NCBI GenBank assembly: GCA_951406725.2
Contig: OX597817.1
Coordinates: 137,330,001 to 137,394,000 of the forward strand
DNA from: Octopus vulgaris
Lineage: Eukaryota
Length of the DNA: 64,000 nt
Reading direction: 5' to 3'
In this document: positions 53,866 to 64,000 of the stretch, piece by piece
Position numbering within the stretch: the stretch's first letter is position 1
Layout of the letters: each line of letters begins with the position of its first letter
Translations under genes and position numbers: made by a program
The notes under the pieces: generated by a model
Databases searched by the model: none
The model's input: only the letters and a program-made list of their open reading frames with translations
Told to the model about the DNA's origin: nothing

Positions 53866-54039
53866 CACATTCATATTACAAATCTGAAAAAGCTGCAAAT
53901 CTGCCGCTGCAGACATTCCGAAAACATCACCGGCAAAAACAGTGGAACTCCAAAATTATTTACAATTGTTTCCCTAACACCCTGTTTCTAATTTCATTCA
54001 CACACACAAATGTGGCTGTGTATTAAGAATCTCATATAC

Positions 54040-54245
54040 TTTTATTCTTTTACTTGTTTCAGTTATTTGACGGTGGCCATGCTGGAGCACCGCCTTTAAT
54101 CAAACAAATCGACGCCAGGACTTATTCTTTGAAAGCTTAGTACTTATACTACCGGTCTCTTTTGCCAAATCGCTAAGTTACGGGGGACGTAGACACACAA
54201 ACATCGGTTGTCAAACAATGGTGGAAGAACAAACACATACACATT

Positions 54246-54282
<37 letters not shown>

Positions 54283-54445
54283 GACGAGCTTCTTTCAATT
54301 TCCGTCTACCAAATCCAATCACAAAGCTCGGTTCGGGCCCAGGTAATATTAGAAGACACTCGCCTAAGGTGTCACACAGTGGGACTGAACCCGGAACCAT
54401 GTGGTTGTTAAGCAAGCTACTTACCACACAGCCACTCCTGCGTCT
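54040..54445 (-). mobile_element. Full-length SINE, family C
   Basis: tRNA-like head (TGGCTGTGTGGTAAG...GGTTCAGTCCC), internal (CA)n and the same 3' end as 16325. Confidence 0.87.
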
Positions 54446-54988
54446 GGTCACACCACTCTAAAAACATTTACTGCTTCTGTTGTGCATTACTTGTTACTTA
54501 GCCGTTGCAAAATAGAAACCGATAAATATGAGTACGAGCGGGAAATAAGAACTAGGTTGACATGACATATGAAACACCTGAAGGCAGTGTTCCAGCATGA
54601 CTGCGATATAATAACGGAAATCGGGTGCGCACCCTGTTAAATCAAAACCACAAGTAACAAAAGTTTTAAAAACAACTTTGTGGTTCCCCGTTAAATGAAG
54701 GACTTTGTGTATATTTGAGAATTCAGTCGGTAATTAGGTGTGTGTGTGTGTGTAGAATATGTATGCATATGTATGTATTGTGAAGTAGAACACGTAGCCA
54801 AACGTTCGAGATCAGTAGTGGGTCCCACACACCACTTCTGTATCCCACGTGGAACGACGCGGGGTATGAAACTACGGAATACGCAATACTACTACGCAAT
54901 ACTGTTAATAAAATACAGAAATATTATGATTTGATATCTGTCTGGTCGCTACTCAGTAAATAAAAATCTCTTTATTTGCTCATATGGA

Positions 54989-55373
54989 TGGAAGCACTCC
55001 GTCGGTAACGACGATGAGGGTTCCGGTTGATCCGAATCAACGGAACAGCCTGCTCGTGAAATTAACGTGTAAGTGGCTGAGCACTCCACAGACACGTGCA
55101 CCTTTAACGTAGTTCTCGGGGATATTCAGCGTGACACAGAGAGTGACAAGGCCGGCCCTTTGAAATACAGGTACAACAGAAACAGGAAGTAAGAGTGAGA
55201 GAAAGTTGTGGTGAAAGAGTACAGCAGGGATCACCACCATCCCTTACCGGAGCCTCGTGGAGCTTTTAGGTGTTTTCGCTCAATAAACACTCACCACGCC
55301 CGGTCTGGGAATCGAAACCGCGATCCTATGACCGCGAGTCCGCTGCCCTAACCACTGGGCCATTGCGCCTCCA
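54989..55373 (-). mobile_element. Full-length SINE, family A
   Basis: Near-identical to 53481-53865. Confidence 0.9.
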
Positions 55374-55403
55374 CATATATTTAATTACAATAAATATTCT
55401 GTA

Positions 55404-55622
55404 TAAGGCGCAAGCTGGCAGCATTGTTAGCACGCCGGGCATAAATGCTTAACGGCATTTCGTCCGTCTTTACGTTACGAGTTCAAAATCCGCCGCGGTC
55501 CACTTTGTCTTTCATTCTTGCGCAGTCGATAAATTTAGTAGCAGTTAAATACTGGGGAATTAACGCAATCCACTTACACCCCTTCCCCGCCAAGGCTGAC
55601 CTTGGGTCAAAATTTGAAGCCA
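55404..55622 (+). mobile_element. Diverged family-B SINE in plus orientation
   Basis: aaggcgcaagctggcagcattgttagcacgccgggc...gagttcaaaatccgcc...gtcgataaatttagtagcag. Confidence 0.7.
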
Positions 55623-55627
55623 CTATA

Positions 55628-55845
55628 CAGGGTGCGGCAGAAGTATTTGAATTTTCCAGTTTTAATCGAGTTTCTTTTTTTAGTTCCTAAAACTTCTGAG
55701 ATTTTTTTTGCATTAGTTTATTATTCGTTTCTTTAAGTAATGCAATAAATTTGTGATCAATAAAAAACAAAAAACTTCTTAATAAACATTTATATACTAT
55801 AAAAGTTATTAAATGCAAAAAGGGCGTTATTTCTGCCGCATCCTT
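55628..55845. mobile_element. Tc1/mariner-type MITE
   Basis: TA|CAGGGTGCGGCAGAAGTA ... TATTTCTGCCGCATCCTT|TA: imperfect TIRs, TA TSD and an AT-rich interior. Confidence 0.72.
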
Positions 55846-55881
55846 TACATTTTGTAGGTGTGGTGAAGGAACTCATAAATA

Positions 55882-56301
55882 TCCTTTTCTACTCTAGGCA
55901 CAAGGCCCGAAATGTTGGTGGGAGGGAGCCAGTAGATTAGTCCGCAACTGGTACTTAATTTATCGACCCCAGTACGCTACTGGTACTTAATTTTTCGACC
56001 CCGAAAGGATGAAAGGCAAAGTCGACCTTGGCGTAATTTAAACTCAGAACATAACGGCAGACGAAATACCTATTTCTTTACTACCCACAAGGGGCTAAAC
56101 ACAGGGGACAAACAAGGACAGACAAACGGATTAAGTCGATTATATCAACACCAGTGCGTAACTGGTACTTATTTAATCGACCCCGAAAGGATGAAAGGAA
56201 AAGTCGACCTCGGCGAAATTTGAACTCAGAACGTAGCGGCAGACGAAATACCGCTAAGCATTTCGCCCGACTTGCTAACGATTCTGCCTGTTCGCCGCCT
56301 T
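55882..56301 (-). mobile_element. Family-B SINE dimer with TSD
   Basis: Junction at 56070/56071; TSD GGAACTCA(T/A)AAATA at 55868-55881 and 56302-56315. Confidence 0.88.
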
Positions 56302-57620
56302 GGAACTCAAAAATACTGAAACAAATATGGATACATTTTACATGCAAAACGAGGGAGCCTGCATGTGGTCAGTCGACCTGCTAGAAAAGGTAGTCACATG
56401 TTTATTAGATCACACGCTATTGTATTAAAACTGCGAGGATATATTAGATAACGTAGCCGTTGATGGACTACGCCTGTAAAAAAGCCGTGGGTGGATGGTA
56501 TTTCGTCATAAGTTTGTTTAATCAGGTTTGAGTATTCATAAAATATCGTCGACTCAAGTAAATCGAATTGATTTTAGTGGAATAAATGTATGTGAGTATA
56601 CGTTTGTCTGTGAGTGTGTATATGTGTGTTTGTATGTGTGTGTGTATGTGTGTGTGTGTATGCCTGTGTGAGTGTGTATGTGTGTGTGTGAGTGTTTGTT
56701 TCTGACACAAAGTATATTTAGTCGCTACTTGTGTTTTAGACTTAGCATAACATACAAGTATTGTTATCAATCATCTGCAAATATATCAAACGTTATCTAC
56801 CTTCAGCCATCTTGGAGAAAAAAAATGTTTCTTTTTGTTTCTAAAACTATTTATGTAACACTTCAACATTTCCAGCTTTTCTTATCGATCATATTTCGGT
56901 ATCGGAATATTGATGTTATTTATTTATTTATTTAATTATTTATTCATTCATTTATTTTTATAACCACGAAGTATTAAAGCGTTCTAGAATAATGATATAT
57001 TTCTGCGGCGTTGTAATGCGTTTCTTTTGAGATATCGTGTTATGGTGTTGTAGTTCTGTTCTCAGCGTGTTGGAAGATATAACTAGTTTTGTTTTTGAGA
57101 AATACTGTTGTGAGGTATTTTCGTTGTGTTGTGATTTACTGTTTCTATATTGTGCTGTATCAGATATATTCTATATTCTTGTTGTAGCACCGCGGTTTAC
57201 AAATGATTCCTGACTGAATTTACCCTGAGTTAATTTTACACAAAGACAACAGGAGCATGTTTTGCCACTTCAATTGCAACGTTTTACAATGAAGATAAAC
57301 AAAAACACCGTTTTTTGTACCAAGTTTTAACAAATATTCATAAGTTCAAATCACATCGGAGAATGAATAATATGTCGTCTCCTAAATAGGTATTTAATTA
57401 AAATCCATTTAAAATGAATTGTATCGAGTCACTTTGCCTGGAAACACGTCCCTTTTCATTCCAAGGAATATCATCGTATTTGTTTTTTAAATTGAAATCT
57501 GTGAAAACTTTAAAGCTTTTCTGCCTTAACATAATTTTGTGTTTTAAACGTTTCAGTCTCTTGTGAGATATCGTGTTATGGTGCTGTAGTTATGTTCTCG
57601 GCGTGGTGGAAGATATAACT

Positions 57621-58003
57621 GGAGGCGCAATGGCTCAGTGGTTAGGGCAGCGGACTCGCGGTCATAGGATCGCGGTTTCGATTCCCAGACCGGGCGTTGT
57701 GAGTGTTTATTGCGCGAAAACACCTAAAGCTCCACGAGGCTCCGGCAGGGGATGGTGGTGATCCCTGCTGTACTCTTTCACCACAACTTTCTCTTACTCT
57801 TACTTCCTGTTTTTGTCGTACCTGTATTTCAAAGGGCCGGCCTTGTCACTCTCTGTGTCACGCTGAATATCCCCGAGAACTACGTTAAGGGTGTACGTGT
57901 CTGTGGAGTGCTCAGCCACTTACACGCTAATTTCACGAGCAGGCTGTTCCGTTGATTCGGATCAACCGGAACCCTCGTCGTCGTAACCGACGGAGTGCTT
58001 CCA
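57621..58003 (+). mobile_element. Full-length tRNA-derived SINE, family A, young copy with TSD
   Basis: Head GGAGGCGCAATGGCTCAGTGGTTAGGGCAGCGG...GGTTTCGATTCCC carries A and B boxes. Near-identical to the 53481 and 54989 copies. TSD GGAAGATATAACT(GG) at ~57608 and ~58010. Confidence 0.92.
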
Positions 58004-58689
58004 AGAAGAGGAAGATATAACTGGTGTTGTGCTGAGAAATACAGTTGTAGTCAGGGACATACAAATATTACTGTTAAATAATGAGATGTACAAACTAAAT
58101 TATGTTTATTGATTGAATTACAGCAATTTAATGATTTAATTGACTGAATCTTATTTTAGAATCTCGAAACATTTGAAAGGTAACATTCATGATATTAGGG
58201 ATTGATTTTGGAGACAAGTGATGAAGAGGGAGCAGAATAAATGTTCCCAAGTACACTACATTCCGTGATCTTTAAATACAGTACAATACGTGGGCTAAAT
58301 TGTGTGTGTGATCTGGCTGTACAGTACAGTGTGGGATCTTCAAGAACAGCTAAGTGTGTGGTTCTGAAGCAGATTACAGCTATTGGTCCTAAAATCTCGT
58401 GTGGTGTTTGAAGTCGAGTACGGTGTATGAGAATTGGTAATTTTTTTTTGTTCATGTCAACTCCAACAATTCATTTGTTTCTGACTTCTTATATGCCAAA
58501 AAAGGCAGCCTCTTGGGGGAGTGGGGAATTTCACCGACGTCCTAGAAGAATGAAAGAAAGTGTTGATTTTTATGGGATTCAAACTCAGAACCTATAAATT
58601 GAAAGGTATTTTAAACCGTGTCCTACTCACGACTACTTAACATCGATTAATATAGATACTAATTAATAATCTAAATATTAGTGTGAAAT

Positions 58690-59035
58690 TTTGACACAAG
58701 GCTAGCAAGTTCGGAGAAAGAAGTCGATTACATGAAACCGAGTATATGACTGGTACTTATTTTATGGATTCCAAAAAGGATGAGAGGCAAAGTCGACCTC
58801 AACGGAGTTCGAATTCAGAATGTAAAAACGGACGGGATGCTAACGATTCTGCCAGCTCGTTGCTATATTTAATAATCCTTTCTAATATAGGGAGATAGTC
58901 GATTTCATCAACCCCAGTGTGTAACTGGTACTTATTTCATCGACCCGGAAAGGATGAAAAAACAAAGTCGACCTCGGCGGAATGCGAATTCAGAAGGTGC
59001 AGACAAACGAAATGCCGCTAAGCATTTCGCCCGGC
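58690..59035 (-). mobile_element. Two diverged family-B SINE copies
   Basis: Core actggtactta..tcgacc..aaaggatga..aaagtcgacctc occurs twice. Confidence 0.75.
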
Positions 59036-60461
59036 TGCTGTATTTCATATCAATCATTAAAATAACTCTGAGATATTTTCTATCAAAACTGAAAACTTTT
59101 TGATGAAGAATCTTTAGAATTTCTGGTTGACTGAACCAGAATCTGTTTCCATTTTAATATTTCTTTGACATTATTTCTAAGATTTCTTTTTTTTTTTTTT
59201 TTTTTCATTTGGAGAAAGTAATTCTTGAGAAGAAAAGTAATTCATTAAAGAAAGTCATTTCCATTAATGGAATTTGGTAAAAATGTTTCTTTTGAAAAAT
59301 AAAACAAAAATGTGAAGAAGTGAAATATGTAACGAAATAAATAAATAAATTGATCGAGTGGAAGATGAGGAGGAGATGTAGAGGTAATAGCTGCTGACGA
59401 TGCAGTGACGGTGGTGGTGGTAGTGGTGGTGACGACGGTGGCGGTGGTGGTGGCGGTGGCGGCTGCGGCGGCGGTGGTGGTGGTGGTTGCGGCGGGGGCG
59501 GCGGTTTTGGGTCATGGAAGTGATAATAGTGATCTTGGCGGTGGTAGTGGTGGTCGTGGTCGTGGATGGAACTAAGTTTGCATTGATAATACTGTGCTTG
59601 AGGTAGTGAAAATGGCGGTGTGAAAGAAGTATTTTGATGAAGATAACCAGAAAAATGTCAAGGATTGAAAAAATAATAAACCTTATCTCTCCGGGAGAAG
59701 ATTCTTTTTACAAAAAAAGTAAATAGTTTTCAAGTGAGCAGTGTTAGTATCTGAAGTGTTAATAATTCTGGGCTCAGAAGCAGTGACCCCATTTTGATCG
59801 ATTCTAAACTTATAAGGATAAACCATGAAACTAGATAATGTAACGTCACTAATTCCTTTGAACTTGTACCCAATGATTCTCATCTGTAAGATGTTATGGT
59901 CTGGTTCACCGCTAGGTATCAATTAACTAGCCAAACTGATATCCCACATTATTAGACCGTGACGTACGCCAGACTATCAAATCTGAAGCTATCTAGCTGT
60001 GCAATACTAAGAATATGTCAACTCTATGGAGTCGGTGAGTATTGGGGGTTCAGTTTTATCGAGAAACGAAATGAAGAAAACTGTTTATAAACGATAAAAT
60101 CAATGGCGGAACCGCGGCACCTTTTCTGTGTATTTAACCATTCTATCATCTCAGTCACACTCATCATTCGGAAGCAATTGGAAACAAAAACTCAGTGTCT
60201 GTCACATGACAAAAAAAAAAAGCAAAAAAACAAAAACAGCTCATTGTTGTTCGGTCACCTGATCGTGTGAGATAATTCCTACTTCAGAGCCAAAAGAGTA
60301 AAGGACGGTTGTATTCTACAGCAAAACTGATGGGGAATAAATTAATATCAGCTGCAAATGCTTCTGGGCAGGTCGGGCTTTTGAATAATTGTTAGGTTTT
60401 CTATGAATGTATCCTCTAAAATTGATGTGACCAATACAGTTATGCAGTGTGTGCATATATG

Positions 60462-60772
<311 letters not shown>

Positions 60773-60856
60773 ATAATTGTTAAACAAGACGTCAAACATT
60801 AAGGCAAGGCAAACATTTCAAGTCATATACAATATTATTACAGAAAGAAATTCAAA

Positions 60857-60912
60857 ATCCTACAGCTGTTTCTGGGATATCCTCGAGTATGAGATATTCC
60901 GTCATCAGAGAC
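60857..60912 (-). ncRNA. Minimal type-I hammerhead ribozyme, slightly decayed, Penelope-type
   Basis: Minus strand: GTCT CTGATGA c-ggaatatc...gatatccc-a GAAA CAGCTG TA^ GGAT. Core intact, palindromic helix III, GUA triplet. Helix II has mismatches and helix I is short. Confidence 0.65.
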
Positions 60913-61103
60913 AAATTGGGGGGGGGGGGGGATGTGGAAAATGAGAATGGTATATATCAATAGGATGACAACATCGAGGAAGGGAGTGAAAGAATAAGGA
61001 GATGGAAAGAGAGAAGAAAAAAAGAGGCCCAGTAATCTGTTACAGCACTTACCTAGCGTACCTAATTGTTTAGATCACCTGTGAACTAAACCCCCATATT
61101 TTG

Positions 61104-61135
<32 letters not shown>

Positions 61136-61234
61136 AATGTATGTATGTATGTATGTATGTATGTATGTATGTATGTATGTATGTATGTATGTATGTATGT
61201 ATGTATATATATATATATATATATACAAACATAT

Positions 61235-61283
<49 letters not shown>

Positions 61284-62223
61284 AATATATACACACACAC
61301 ACGAACGAGTAAGTTTAGCTCGATAGACGTGTGAATGACTGCCTGTCGCATACGCACATATGCCTCTATACTTTCGAAGACTCACAGACATTTATCGTAG
61401 TTTTAATACCATTCTGTGTTCATTGCCTAAAATCTCAAATGTTTCTTCTGTCGTTCAAAGATCTACAACTACCGTTAGGCTCTGATTCGCTGAAGAATCT
61501 AAATAAGACTGAAACATATTTGGAGTCAGGCCCTCACACTGCTAAAGAACACATATCCCACTGTTTTCTATATTTAATTAACTTAATTTAATAAAAAAAA
61601 TAATTCGGGATGGTCATTGGCATTCGTTTTAATCAGAATTAATAATTTCAAAAACGATTGTTCTCAACACTAATGGTTGTAGCAATGGAATTTTATTGCT
61701 TGATTAGATCACGGAGGTGGTTAGAAACTGTTTTAATATTAAATTGTGTGTATGTGTGGGTGTGTTTGTGAATACGTGTGTGTTTGTGTGTGTGTGTGTG
61801 TGTGTGTAGGTGTGTATATGTATGTATATGTATGTATGTAAACATTTATGCACACATATGTGTATGAATGGGTGCCCGTACATATGTGTGTGTGTATATG
61901 TACATATATATATAAATATATACAGAGAAAGAGAGAGAGTGGGGGAGTGAGAGAGACGTATATATATGCATACATGCAAACAGTGTGTGTGTATGCGCAC
62001 CTATGTCTTCATGGAGTGATCGTACGAGCTTCAATCACTTTTGGAGAGAAACAAAATAAAAATCGATTACAATTAATATAAATCATGAAACATGAACATT
62101 CGATTTTAGTTCGTTTTTCTTGCGTGTCATATTTCTGATGGACCCCACATCAGACATGGCACTGGAATATATATCATATATATATATATATATATATACA
62201 CGTGTATGTGTGTGTGTAATATA

Positions 62224-62278
<55 letters not shown>

Positions 62279-62352
62279 TATATATAAAATATATAATATA
62301 TATATGATCATATATATATATATATATATATGTATACATACATGGATATACA

Positions 62353-62452
<100 letters not shown>

Positions 62453-63269
62453 TGTATGTGTACGCGCGCGCGTTTGCATCAAAGAAATATACTTTTGCAT
62501 GTATATAGCTTTGACAATGAAATTTAATAACTGCTTACTTTCCACGCACTCTCGCTTCTTCTCCCACCCCGCCTCACACATATATACATAATAAATACAT
62601 GCATTCTTATATATATACGTGTGCGTGTGTGTGTGTACATATCCATACATACATACACAGAGGTTGGGAGGTAGATAATATATATTTCAAACCCATTCAT
62701 CTACAAATACATTTACTCTCAGCCCCCACCCTTTTGTAACTGTGCACCTCTCTAAATATATCGGTGATATTTCTCTCCCCTAAACACACACTGCTTAGAG
62801 GAAATCTAATATCTGTTGACATATAATCTCACCGATAAAGTTTTATAAAGCTGTCTTTAGATTTAGGTTTGACTTGTCTCACCTCTAGACTATATCCTTC
62901 GTCTTGATATACTTCTCAATCTAAATTGACTTCCTACTTCAAACCCACACACTCTTCTACTCAACAGCCATACAGCCAGTCGGTGGAGTCCATATGTTGT
63001 CAGATTATTATTCGGTGTCATTAAAGAGAGGCCATTGAGAAGACAGTTTTCTCTCAAATGTATTTATTTCATTCTTAAGACTCTCGGCCAGATTCGAACA
63101 TAAATTTGCTGGTTACTTTATTTCTCTGTCATCGGAGAACATCTCCACCTTTTAGACTCAACTTTTCCAGTACCAAGGACCCCCTTTATTTAAATGAGTT
63201 TACCCACGGACCCCTTTTAATTGACCGCTAAATCCATAAGTTTTTTTTATTCTCTCTCTGTTCCTTTTG

Positions 63270-63430
63270 TTCCTTTCTGTTTCCTCTTGTTTCCTCTTGT
63301 TCCTTTCTGTTGAAGAGCGTAGGCTCGAAACGTGAAAGACTTTCTCACCTTCCCGAGCGTCAAACTAATACACCTGCTTGTTGTTTATACACCTATAATC
63401 ATCTTTTGTTTTTCTGTAAATTTCAACTAT
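63270..63430 (+). mobile_element. Penelope-like terminal fragment with degenerate hammerhead-like motif
   Basis: TTGAAGAG-CGTAGG-CTC-GAAACG...CGTC, running into (TA)n. A second copy lies in inverse orientation at 32229-32400. Confidence 0.5.
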
Positions 63431-63479
63431 ATATATATATATGTATATGCATGCTTATCCTTTGGCATCTGGATTTCTA

Positions 63480-64000
63480 TTAACATTCCCTTACGAGGAT
63501 ATATACATATCCTGATAAGGATAGAGAATATGAAGAAGCAACAGCCAGAAGTCCCTCTGTGCCAGTGGTTCCACAAAAGAATATAGCCCTCACTCCTGTG
63601 GACAACCAGAGCCATGCAAGTAAAGGAAGGAAAGACTATGAGCACAAACACACAGAAGGAAGGGGAGAGAAAAGAAAAGGAAAAGATGAAACAACTAAAA
63701 CTAAAACCCAAATCCCAAACCATCAAACAAAAAAAAAACGAAAAACAACTCAAATATGGAGGCTCCGAGAGAATCCGAAACTCTAGAGGAGAGAAAATTT
63801 GGAGTGAAGACAACGTCATGCAAATTTTGCCTGCAAGGCAAATGTTGGCATGGGGAAGACGGTACAAACTGCCGGTTTGTTCACCCAAGAACCCACTAAA
63901 GCTGCAGGGGCCTTAAGGAGAAATATTTCCCTGAGGAAAGGCACCAATCGTCTCCAAAAAGAAAATATGCAAATGCAGTACCCTGGCTACATCAAGCGCA
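63480..64000 (+). mobile_element. Possible decayed LINE ORF1 fragment with a CCCH-type finger
   Basis: 63819-63896 encodes CKFCLQGKCWHGEDGTNCRFVHPR after a K/E-rich stretch. Reading frames are broken and the element runs off the window edge. Confidence 0.35.

Noticed and set aside
59398-59512. GC-rich island
   Set aside because: An imperfect (GGT/GGC)n triplet repeat with no independent evidence of a promoter.
59599-59620. TGAGGTAGT let-7 seed-like match
   Set aside because: The remainder does not match let-7 and there is no precursor hairpin.

Overview
AT-rich, extremely microsatellite-dense eukaryotic DNA. The (TA)n, (CA)n, (TATG)n, (GATA)n and (TAA)n tracts and several multi-copy tRNA-derived SINE families point to a cephalopod, probably Octopus; this is an inference from repeat content. 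Almost all ORFs in the supplied track are microsatellite artefacts. The supportable genes are one 649-aa protein encoded in a single coding exon on the minus strand (22156-24105; disordered Ser/acidic body, C-terminal coiled coil, no recognised family) and one intron-containing tRNA-Ile(TAT) (38666-38759). The rest is mobile-element material: four SINE types, 5'-truncated or decayed LINEs (CR1/L2-like, L1/Tx1-like, RLE-type), two Tc1/mariner MITEs, Penelope-like ends, and several long foldbacks and local duplications. The most notable observations are (i) a textbook minimal type-I hammerhead ribozyme at 38128-38173 (-) inside a ~320-bp diverged direct repeat, with further hammerhead-like motifs at 60857, 32298 and 63305; (ii) TSD-flanked SINE dimers and a trimer that share an identical junction falling in the anticodon-like loop of the tRNA head; and (iii) long hairpins, two of them bracketed by (TA)n. 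All calls are by eye, no database search was run, and repeat boundaries are approximate.
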